Origin: the human T2T-CHM13v2.0 reference genome, Homo sapiens
Strand: one strand, 5' to 3'
DNA length: 64,000 nucleotides
NCBI RefSeq assembly: GCF_009914755.1
Contig: NC_060930.1
The notes beneath the pieces are model-generated. The model worked only from the letters and a program-made list of their open reading frames with translations, was not told where the DNA came from and did not search any database. Within the stretch, counting starts at the first letter, position 1; each line of letters opens with the position of its first letter. The translations under genes were made by a program, and so were the position numbers. Positions 45,836 through 57,126 of this stretch are shown here, one piece after another.

Positions 45836-45895
45836 AATCTAGACCCTTTTGAAAGAAGGAAAGCATGCAAAACCCAAAGGTTTTTATTTTATCAG

Positions 45896-46072
45896 ATATC
45901 CACTGTTCACCCTCAACAAGAAGACCCAAATAAACCCTACTGGATTTTGAGGTTGGTCACTGAACACAATGAATCAGAATTATTTGAAGTGAAAAAGGAT
46001 ACAGAAAGGGCAGATGAAATCCGAGCCATGAAACAAGCCTGGGAGACAACTGAGCCAGGAAGAGCAATCAAG
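45896..46072 (+). CDS. ADGB: Androglobin coding exon (~exon 31), 177 nt, phase 0-0
   Basis: tttatcag|ATA TCC ACT...ATC AAG|gtcacc; ISTVHPQQEDPNKPYWILRLVTEHNESELFEVKKDTERADEIRAMKQAWETTEPGRAIK. Confidence 0.93.
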
Positions 46073-46453
46073 GTCACCTGATTTCGAAAAGCTGTCATCT
46101 TTTACTTTTCCTCCTTAGGCATGCTCTGAAAAAAATAGTCATGCTGGTAAAAACCATATAGCCTGTCCTTTAGTAATGGTATCTGAAATTTTATCAGACA
46201 GGCATTGAATAACTACGTTAGGACCACCTTTGGACACATTGTAAAATGTTACCCTCCTGATTACCCAAAGGACTTGCAAAAACAAAGCACATGGTGGTAC
46301 CAATTATAGGCCCACACTATGGGTTACCTCATTCTTTCACATAGCCCTGGCTTTCTGCACGTCTGCTCTTAACACCCCCAAGTAAGAAAGCATTCAAATG
46401 TTTAATATGTGCTTTACTACACTTTGCGCAGCCTTAGATGGATTAAAAACCAT

Positions 46454-46472
46454 GTGCTGCCCCCTTGTGGAA
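46454..46472 (-). promoter_or_regulatory. Putative CTCF binding motif
   Basis: Minus strand CCACAAGGGGGCAGCA closely matches the CTCF core consensus CCASYAGRKGGCRS. Confidence 0.5.
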
Positions 46473-46887
46473 TATACACACCTAGTCTCTAGAGTCTAGA
46501 GACCCTAGAGAGTCTCTGACCTATTTCCTGTAAGAGCGATTGCCATAGTGACACTATTACCATGTAAGTGCTTCATGTCACAACTCAGGGTTATTGGGCA
46601 GATGAAAAAGATTCAGGAACCACTGCATCTAAGATAGTATGCCCAGAAATGTATTCTTTTTAGGGCTGCTTCTTCATCTATTCTCAAAAATAACTGTCAA
46701 AATCATGGATGATTCAGAATTTGAGTTTATCTGATAATGAAGAAGAGCTGGTCTGCTTCATTTAGACTGCCCTATTTAATTCACATTTTCCTGTTTCGTT
46801 TTCGATTGAATACCATTAACATGTATTACCTGTACTGGTTGTTGCTTTTGAAGAGCTTTTAAAAAGCTGCTCATGTTTGTTTTTTAG

Positions 46888-46990
46888 GCTTCTCAGGCTC
46901 GTTTGCATTACCTTAGCGGGTTCATTAAGAAAACATCTGATGCTGAGAGTCCGCCTATATCTGAAAGCCAAACTAAACCAAAGGAAGAAG
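46888..46990 (+). CDS. ADGB: Androglobin coding exon (~exon 32), 103 nt, phase 0-1
   Basis: tttttag|GCT TCT CAG...GAA GAA G|gtgagt; ASQARLHYLSGFIKKTSDAESPPISESQTKPKEE. Confidence 0.94.
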
Positions 46991-47382
46991 GTGAGTGGAT
47001 CCTACCACCCCAGCTGCCTCAGAGCACAGAGCTGTGATTTGCACTTCTTAAAAAAATAATCAGTGGGTTGTGCTTGGTGAAAAGGAGACATTTCAGAATC
47101 TCGTTTCTTGAGGATTATAAAAAGTCGCACAATTTCAGATAACTATATGAATAGTGCTTCAATTTTCAAATCACTTTCACACATTTTCCCATTTAAGTCC
47201 TACATCTCCCCCTTCACACACACTGTGCAAGGAGATGTGATTTTCTCCATTTAACAAATGATAAAACCAGAAAGAATGATGCAACGTAGTTAGAAAGTAG
47301 CAGTATAAAACTTGAAGGTAGGTCTACTACTATATTATTATTAGAAAGGTACCAGACTTAAACAATAACAAAAAGAAGTCAT

Positions 47383-47506
47383 TTTTAAGTATATAATATA
47401 TATTTTAAGTATATATTATATTATTTATATATATTTAAGTAAGTATATATTATATATATTTAAGTATATATTATATTATATATATTTAAGTATATATTAT
47501 AATATT
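47383..47506. repeat. AT-rich minisatellite, ~5 degenerate copies of tttaagtatata(ttata)
   Basis: Repeated tttaagtatatattata units. Confidence 0.75.
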
Positions 47507-48174
47507 ATTCCAGTTTATCAATAAGGACACAGGCACCAGAGACCCTCAGTAATAGTCTAAGTTCAGGGCCAGAGACAGAATTGGCCTGCAGACAGGCCCT
47601 TCATAATGCCAGTGTCTTCTCACAGCTACTTGACTGATTACATCGATTGCCACACTGAGGTGTCCGTGGAGGCAGAAGGCGTTCACATCCCAAATCATGC
47701 TTTTCCATTTTTGTATATTCAGGAATGTAATTCAATAATTGTTATAAAAATAATATCTCTTAACTTTTCATATGAACAGTGTGAATAGCAAGTACCATCC
47801 TAATTCTGTTATCCTGGGATAGGCAAAGCATTTTACATTTATTACCTCACTTTAACCTATAGCAACTATGAGGTATGTATTACTTAGTCTACTCATCTTA
47901 GAGATAAAGAGACCAAAGCTCAGAGAGCCACCTTATTCTTCCTAAGTCATCCATCTCAAAAGTGATGAAGTTGGGATCTGAAATATTTCTAACTGAAGTA
48001 CTCACTCCTCTAATAGAGTCTAATGTAATGCTAGGAAAACAAAGGTGAATAGGATTCAGTTCTTGTCTTTTAGGCTATAGATTTATTATTTTTTTTATAT
48101 TTTGTTTTAATGTATGTGTATAAAATATTACACTGAATACATTAAACATGACCAAAAATAGGGGAAGTCTCCCC

Positions 48175-48455
48175 TACTTCCAGGCTACTGAAGTAGGAGA
48201 GAAAGATTGAATTCAACCGTAGATACAACAGGAACAAGTGGGGAATTAAAACCAACAGTCCAGGTGAGGGAGTAGATGGTAAATTACTAAGAGGAACTTG
48301 GTTAGGTGTCAAGGGTCAGGAAAGAGGAACTTGATTTGATATCAAGTGGGGAAGGATTCTGGATAAACTGACTTAGCAGGATTTTTTGCTAAAACTGGGG
48401 TCAGCAGGCCAAGGACAAGGCCTAGTTGAGAACAGGGCTCAGAGACCCTGACCCT
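48175..48455. mobile_element. Old ERV LTR fragment (LTR40-like, tentative)
   Basis: aaactgacttagcaggatt…gctaaaactgg…ggccaaggacaaggcctagt…agggctcaga. Confidence 0.4.
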
Positions 48456-48900
48456 GTCATAGAACACACATACAATAAAAGCCACAAATTGTAACTGTAC
48501 AGCTCGATTAATTTTTGCATGTGAATACTCAGTGGCCACTGCTTAGATCAAGATTGGAAACACCACATACTAAAGTCCTCCTCGTTTGTTTCCAAGTCAT
48601 TTCCTCCCTCAAGGTAACAACTAGTTGACCCCCATCACCATCAAATAATTTTGCCTATTCTTGAACTTCAATTTAGACTCATATGTACCCCGTATGTCTC
48701 ACTATTTAGTTATTTTATTTCTTACTGTGCCTGGAATAGTAAGCTTCATTTTATAAGAAATTTGTCTATTTTATGTAGGTTCAACTTACTGGAATAAGTT
48801 TCCTTTTTACCTTTTTTTTCCTCAATCAGTCTTGCTCTAGGGATATATCAACTTTAATAATATTTTTAGGGAATCGACTTTTGACTACTGACTATCTGCC

Positions 48901-49002
48901 TCTTATTTCAACATTTCTTCATGCTCTTAAGTACTTTCCTATTGCCACCTTTCTTATTTCAACATTTCTTCATGCTCTTAAGTACTTTCCTATTGCCACC
49001 TT
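48901..49002. repeat. Perfect 51-bp tandem duplication
   Basis: tcttatttcaacatttcttcatgctcttaagtactttcctattgccacctt x2. Confidence 0.96.
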
Positions 49003-49617
49003 TCATTCAATGCAGAACATAACATGAATTTGGTCACCTGCAATTGATAAATAGGAAAATAATGTCTCTATATAATGAGGAAATTATGGTAGGTTTTACA
49101 TAGTTTTTCCTAGGCTAGGGATCTGGAACAGTGAATAGACTCAGAGTATCAAGAAAACTTCCCAGCTTTATGATGTCACAAGAAAGAGCTCTGTTCAGCT
49201 CTATTTTAAGACAATTTTAAATAAATGTCTGCATACAGGGATCCCCCTGCAGAGAGGAACACCCTATCTATTATGAAGCATTGTCAGCATAGGGCTAGTT
49301 GTACTTCCTCCAGGGCCGACCTTCACAGCATCCCCAATAATTCAAATATCCTATTTCCATGTATGCTGTCCCAACTTCTAAAAGCCTCTATTTTTATGTG
49401 ACATTTTAATATATGGAGGCAGCTTTCAGACACACTTCCTGCCTGGGTCAGCCTTCTAGGGTGACAGTCATTACTTTTGCTAGTGCTCTGGTTAGAAGTT
49501 ATAGAGCTTTTGAGTCATCTGCTCTAAATCTGTGCTCCCATCATCAAGCCCTGTTACTGTTTGCATGTGATTTCATGGAACGCCAGCTTTTTCAGTAATG
49601 CACATGTCATGTTGTAG

Positions 49618-49839
49618 TAGAAACAGCTGCACGTGGCGTAAAAGAACCAAACTCAAAGAATTCTGCAGGTTCAGAGAGCAAAGAGATGACACAAACAGGA
49701 TCAGGGAGTGCGGTGTGGAAGAAGTGGCAATTGACCAAAGGCTTGAGGGATGTGGCAAAATCCACGAGTAGCGAAAGTGGAGGAGTGTCTTCACCAGGGA
49801 AAGAAGAGCGCGAGCAGAGCACACGGAAGGAAAACATTC
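49618..49839 (+). CDS. ADGB: Androglobin coding exon (~exon 33), 222 nt, phase 1-1
   Basis: gttgtag|TA GAA ACA GCT...AAC ATT C|gtaagt; (V)ETAARGVKEPNSKNSAGSESKEMTQTGSGSAVWKKWQLTKGLRDVAKSTSSESGGVSSPGKEEREQSTRKENI; start could be 49621 (TAGTAG). Confidence 0.9.
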
Positions 49840-52589
49840 GTAAGTATTGCTGTCATTGGTAACATAAACATGTATTTTCAAATAAAAATTATGGAAAAGA
49901 TTTTAACTTAAACATAAGTGACGGCTAGGGCTATAGAAGTAGAAAAGATGTCTTTCCGATATATAGATTTTCATTTTACTTAATGGAGTTGGGAATTTGC
50001 TCAAGGACCTGACTACTAAATATTAACCAAAAGACAAAAGTGGGCAAAAGCCCCCCTACAGATTTGCAGGTGTATTTTTTCTGTGTATAGGTTTTCTGTG
50101 TCTACAAATGCTAGAAATAAAATGTCAGCATTCACACATACACTTGTCGTTAAACACAGATTTTTTTGTGTTATCTGTAGTATGCTACAAGATAGATTTC
50201 CTTTTTACCTTTCATAGCAAATTTTAAGAATGTCATTTTTTAAATGTTGAAATAGAGCAATTTTCAGTGGTGCACAAGTCACCCTGACCTGATTCATTTC
50301 TATATGGATTCATATCTGTTCACTAAACTGAACTAAAACCCTGATCAAAGGAAAATGCCTTTCCACACTCCTGGTTTCCATGAATTCCTAAGCAACTCCT
50401 CAACTCCTTCTGTCTTAAAGGGAACTAAATGTCCTATTAATGCATTTGGAGAGAATGAATGAGGCTGCCCATGGAAGCACTGCTTCTCTCTCAGGTGTGA
50501 GCACTACCTAGACTGTGCTGGAACAGTCAGTCAGCTTCAGGTGATCATGGCCCATTTGTCTCTCACATCAAGCTACATCCTCCGATTAAACCTGGATCAA
50601 TAGTATAATCTTACTCTATTTTTCTACTTGTTTTGAACCCAGACAGCAAAGAAAGAAATCTTAGAAAGAAGCATTCTCAGAAAAGCCAACAATGGTTCTT
50701 TTCTCAAAATTGCTAAACAATTCTGAGAATTTTTAAATTAAGAAGTGTTTAAAGCTAAAGTATGTCCTTAAGTGATTTCCATACTGAGAGGAAAATTCTA
50801 AAATTAAAAGGAATCTTTTACTATACTAACAAGAGATTCTGATATTTTTTAACCAATATTTTGAAAGTACATGCCCATTCAATAGGTAATAGCTCACATG
50901 ATGGTAGCAGTAAAACTCATTAGAACACATTTCATTTACCATTAATATTTAATTTGTAGAGTAATTTTTCCACTCTTATCTCACTTGAGATTCCAGGAAT
51001 TAGAGAAAGCATATATTGCTATCTCCACTTCTAAAATGACAGAATTGGCAAATAACTCACCCAAGGGCAGGAAACTGATGCAGTTTGGCTAGAACCTGGA
51101 CTTACACCCAGCTCTTTGGTCTCCATATATTGTGATCTTGAACTGAACACAAACTTTTCCTCATCCTTAGTTAATTTAAAGATCTATAAAATAGAAAAAT
51201 GTAGCCAAAACAATGCAACTTAAATTCTGATATCAAATTATTTACTTATGTGCTAACAAAGTAATCCTTTTTGAAATTTCATTTTTAATTAACAAATAAT
51301 TATATATATTTATGGGGTACAATGGGATGTTTTGATACATGTATAGGTTATGGAATGATCAAATTAGGCTAATAAATATATTCATTACCTCAAATACTTA
51401 TTATTTCCTTGGAGTGAGATCATTTAATATCCACTCTTTGAGCTATTTTGAAACATCCAATAAATTGTTAGCTGTGTTCACCAAGCTATGCAATAGAACA
51501 CCAGAACCTATTCCTGCTAGCTAACTGAAACTAACTATACCCTTTGACCAACATTTTCCCTTTCCTTGTCCACTACACTATGACCCCCCAGCCTCTGGTA
51601 ACCACCATCCTAATATCTATATCTACAAGTTCAACATTTTTAGATTCCACATATAAATGAGATCATGCCGCATTTGTCTCTCTGTGGCTGGCTTTTTTAC
51701 TTAGCATCTTGTCCTCCAGGTTTGTCCATAATGTGGCAAATGACAGAATTTTCTGTTTGTTAAAGGCTGAAGAGCATTCCATTGTGTCTACATACCACAT
51801 TTTAAAAAATCCATTCCTCTACTGATGCGTACTTTGGTCCTTTCAACATATTGGCTGTTGTGAATAACGTAATGCACATACAAGTACAGACACCTCTTTT
51901 ACGTACTTATTTTAATTCCTTTGGATATATACCCACAGGCAGGATTGCTGGATCATGTGGTAATTCTACTTTTAGTTTCTTGAATAACCTCCATACTGGT
52001 GTTTCAAATGGCTTGTAATAATTCCCAGTACCACCAAAGTGTACCTGAGTTCCCTTTTATTCACACTCTCACCAATGCTTGTTATCTCTCATCTTTTTTT
52101 ATAATAGCCAATGTAACAGGTATGAGGTAGTATCTCATTGTGGTTTTAACGTGCATTTTTCTGATGACTGGAGATGTTAATCATCTTTTTATATATGTGT
52201 GGGTCATTTGTGTCTCTTCTTTTGAGTAATATCTATTCAGGTTCTTTACCCATTTTTTAATGTAGTTATTTGCTTTCTTATTATTGAGTAGCTTAAGTTC
52301 CTTGTATGTATTGAATATTAGCCTCTTATCCAATGTATGGTTTGCAAATATTTTATCTCAACCCATGGTTGACTCATCACTTTTCATTGTTTCATTTGCA
52401 CAGCAAAGGTTTTTAGTTTGGTACAGTCCCACTTGTCTATTTTTACTTTTGTTTCTGTGCTCTTAGGATCATATTCAAAGAAAATATTGCCCACACTGAT
52501 ATCATGGGCTGTTTCTCCTGTTTTTCTTCTAGTAGTTTTATACTTTCTGGACTTATGTTTAAGTTTTTAATCTATTTTTAGTTGATCAT

Positions 52590-52867
52590 TTTTGGTTTTT
52601 GTTTTATTTTTAGAAAGGTTGGAGTATAGTGGCTCAATCATGGCTCGCTGCAGCCTCAACCTCCCAGACTCAAGTGATCTGCCCACCTCAGTCTCCTGAG
52701 TAGCTGAGACTATAAGCGCATGCCACCATTTCTGGTGAATATTTTATTTTTTATAGAGATGAGGTCTCACTATGTTGCCCAGGCTAGTCTCAAATTTATG
52801 GGCTCAAGGAATCCTCCAGCCTCAGCCTCCTAAAGTTCTGGGTTTACAGGCATGAGCCACCCTGGCC
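52590..52867 (-). mobile_element. AluJ-like
   Basis: gctgcagcctcaacctcccagactcaagtgatc…ggtctcactatgttgcccagg. Confidence 0.85.
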
Positions 52868-52870
52868 TAA

Positions 52871-53296
<426 letters not shown>

Positions 53297-54087
53297 TCTA
53301 TTCCATTTGTTGATGTGTCTGTTTTTATGCCAGTACCATGTTGTTTTGATTAGTGTAGCTTTGTAATATGTTTTGAAGTCTGGTGATGCCTCCCTCGTTA
53401 TTTTTGGTCCAGATGGCTTTGCATATATGGTGTCTTTTGGGGTTCCATACAAATTTTAGGAATCTTTTTGTCTACTTCTCTGAAGAACGACATTAGAATT
53501 TTGGTAGGGATTGTATTGAATTCGTGGATTGCTTTGAGTGGTATGGACATTTTAACATTAATTCTTCCAGTCTATGAACACAGGATGTTTTTCTATTTAT
53601 TTATGTCACCTTCAATTTCTTTCATCAATATTTTCTCCAAGGCTGCACCAACCTACACCCATGCAGTCTGCACTGTGCTCTGAAACTAATAAGGTAATCT
53701 TTAAATTGAGAAAATTGACTATAATCATGATTCATCATTTTATACCAGCCCAGGGGCAGTCACAGCACAGACTTTTTTTTTTTTTACCCAGAGTCCCAGA
53801 CCAGTGTTGTAAGGCATGGAAGCTCAAGCCCCAGTTTCAGCTCATCTGCTCCTAATTTCTTCACACTTTTGGCCATCAGAGTCTTTGGACATTTGCAATA
53901 AAGTCTACGTAGTTGTGAACGGGTATACTTTTGCATAGAGAGGAGAAATAAGAACAGGGAGGAAAGATAAAAGTCAGCAGGAAAGGAGGACCTAGACCAA
54001 GCAGCCTATCTCCAAGCACAAAATGTCTTCAAGACATTTCTCAAACACTTGAAAACATTTATTATCATTTTAATGTTTGCACCCCGT

Positions 54088-54587
54088 TGTGTCTGGAGTT
54101 GGTTCCTTCCAGTGGGTTCCTGGTCTCGCTGACTTCAAGAATGAAGCCACGGACCTTCGCAGTGAGTGTTACAGCTCTTAAAGATGGCATGGACCCAAGG
54201 AGTGAGTGGTAGCAAGGTTTATTGTGAAGAGCAAAAGAACAAAGCTTCCACAACATGGAAGGGGACCCAAGCAGGTTGCTGCTTCTGGCTGTGGTGGCCA
54301 GCTTTTATTCCATTATTTGTCCCATCCCATGTTCTGTTTCTGTCCTATCAGATTGCCCTTTTTTCAATCCTCCCCACGATTGGCTACTTTTAGACTCCTG
54401 ATGATTGGCGCATTTTACAGAGCGCTGATTGGTGCATTTTACAGAGCACTGATTGGTGAGTTTTACAGAGCACTGATTGTTGTGTTTTACAGAGTGCTGA
54501 TTCGTGCATTTTACAATCCTCTTGTAAGACAGAAAAGTTCTCCAAGTCCCCACTTGACCCAGGAAGTCAATCTGGCTTCACCTTTCA
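54088..54587 (-). mobile_element. LTR12-family (LTR12F-like) 3' LTR of HERV9
   Basis: TG…CA ends; gctgacttcaagaatgaagcc; 24-bp U3 repeats with CCAAT; polypurine tract immediately adjacent (54588-54598). Confidence 0.9.
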
Positions 54588-55640
54588 ATCCCCCCACTAA
54601 ACAGGACACCCCAGCTGCTGCTGGGAATGGGGTGATGACCACTGTAGCTACTTCCTGCTGGATGGGGGCAAAGAAGGGGCCCTGCAGTTGTAGTGTCCTC
54701 CAGAGAGGAGCTCTCTAGGCCAGTCAAACAGCCAGTGGGTCGGTCCAGGGGTCCTCAGTAGAAGTTATGAGTTGAGCTCATTTGGGGTTCCATTTGTAAG
54801 ACCATCTGTAGCTTGATGGCCTTGATCCTGGAGGAAATAAATTTGACAAGGAGGTTAAAAATACAGGGCCCGAAGGCGAGTAATAGCAAGATGGCTGTTA
54901 TGGGAACTAGAAAGGGGAGAAGCCATGTCACCCAACTCCAGAAGTTGGTATAAGAGTTTGAAAGGTGTTGTCTGATTTCAGAAGCCTTTTCCTGTAAATG
55001 CCAGGCAGTGTCTTGTACTATCCCTGACTGGTTAGTGTAAAAGCAACACTCTTCCCCTAAGAAGGTACAAAGTCCTTCTTTCTCAGCAGTGAGGAGGTCT
55101 AGGCCTCAGTGGTTTTGGAGAGTCACTGCTGCCAAAGAGTCTATTTGGGATTGTAGAGTAAGGATAGATTTTGTTATTTCTTGCAAACTGTCTGAGAAAT
55201 CCTTTGAGAGTGTGTGGTAGTAGGATAATGAAGTAGATAAACTGGCTATTCCGGTTCCTGTAGCAGTGGCCATTCCTAACCCTATATGTAGGGGTATTAG
55301 TTGTATGGCCCTGTGCTGACAGATTTGAGCTTTGAGGGGCACTGGTAGGGTCTGATTTCCTGGGGTAATGTTAATGTTGGCAATTAGGAAGACTAAGGTA
55401 CAGGTGCATGTCCAGTTTGTAAGGAGGCAGATATAGGTTGAAGTTCCACATAAGAAGAATATGCCTTGGCTGGGTAGACAGAACTGGTTGTGTATGTTAA
55501 AAAGGTTGTGAGTTTATTGTTTTCATTTTCCCATACTCCTAGAGTACTTGCCAAGGTAGCTCCGGTGAGTGGCTGGAAAGGGGTGTTGGGAGCAAACTGA
55601 GTGGCTCCCCGTGTTCTATTGTCCCATTGGAGAAAAAACC
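54588..55640 (-). pseudogene. HERV9 env remnant (SU C-terminus + TM)
   Basis: Fusion peptide AIQLIPLHIGLG, heptad repeat, ISD LQNH*GLDLL, CX6CC (CTFLGEECC), membrane span WLLPFLVPITAILLLLAFGPCIF. Confidence 0.9.
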
Positions 55641-56457
55641 TTACTGTTTCCTCACAAGTTTATCATGATTTTGTATATTTTTGAAAAAATTAAAAAATAA
55701 TTTGGATATTATTGTTTTTTATATTTTTTAAAAGTTTGTAGTAAATTACATTTCTGAATGAGTTATAACTTCTAACAAATTATAAATTAAGCAATTTTCA
55801 ATATTAAATATTACTGTGGCCTATTACAACCACATTTACATGCAAAATTAAATAGTTAAGGAAAGGGGGGTGGGACCTGGGGAATAGGAGAGTGAGAACT
55901 TGACACATCCTCTCCCAAAAAAAGCAAGAAGCAACAATAAACTAGAAAAAAATTATTAAAATGTTTCAGAAACCTAAAAATCAACTGAAGGCATAAAACT
56001 AAATAAAAAGTAATTACTAAAACTGAGAACCACAACAAAAAAGGAGAGACTACAGAGGGTCCATCTTATCGACTTGTCCTTGTTTGAGTATGAGACTTTA
56101 AACCAGTGAAAGTGGGGACAGCTTTGTACACTGCCAGAACTTTGAATGTGTACCCTAAACTACATAAAGGTCTCCTTGTCAAGAGTGGAAGCTTTACTGA
56201 ATCAAGGAGTTTAAGAGAAATCTTGGAGAAAACATTTATGACCCCTATTCTGACCCATTGGTGACCCCAAGGAAGCCAGGATTAAAAATAAATAAAAATT
56301 AAAGAAAATCATTACAAACATCATTAGCTGAAAATTGCAGGGGAAATAAGACTCTAGAAGCAAATTGCTAAGTAAACAAACAACTAAACAAAGAAAACCC
56401 ACAATAATCCCTTGGGGAATCAGAATGCAGAGTAACTGCAATGTAGTATATCAATTG

Positions 56458-57126
56458 CACATGGGAACAGGCAAAAATTTCATGACAAAGACACCTAAAA
56501 GCAATTGCAACAAAAGCAAAAATTAACAAGTAGAATCTTATTAAACTTAAGAGCTTCTGCACAGTAAAGGAACTATCAACAGAGTAAACAAACAACCTAC
56601 AGAAAGGGAGAAAATTTTTGCAAACTATCCATCTGACAAAGTTGTAATGTTCAGCATCTATAAGGAACTTAAACAAATTTATAAGAGAAAAACAACCCCA
56701 TTAAAAAGTTGGAAAAGGACATGAACAGACATATTTCTAAAGAAGACATACATGCAGCCAATAAGCACATGAAAAAAAGCTCAATGTCACTGATCATTAG
56801 AAAAATATAAATCAAAACCACAATGAGATACCATCTCACACCAGCCAGAATGGCTATTATTAATAGCCTGACAGATGCTGGTCAGGTTGTGGAGAAAAAG
56901 GAACACTTATACATTGTTGGTGGGAGTGTAAATTAGCTCAACCATTTGATGTAGCAATCCCATTACTGGATGTATACCCAGAGGAATACAAATCATTCTA
57001 CCATAAAGACACATGCATGTGAATGTTCATTGCAGCACTACTCAGAATAGCAAAGACATGGAAGCAACCTAAATGCCCATCAGTGACAGATGGGATAAAG
57101 AAAATGTGGTACATATGCACCATGGA
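56458..57126 (+). mobile_element. L1P ORF2 C-terminal fragment
   Basis: aaaaccacaatgagataccatctcacaccag; ends at start of the 3'UTR. Confidence 0.8.

Noticed and set aside
45929-45934. AATAAA inside a coding exon
   Set aside because: Encodes Asn-Lys; no evidence for cleavage, and such hexamers are common in AT-rich DNA
54206-54718. 170-aa ORF with ALIGAFYR repeats
   Set aside because: Translation of the LTR12 24-bp U3 repeats on the non-proviral strand
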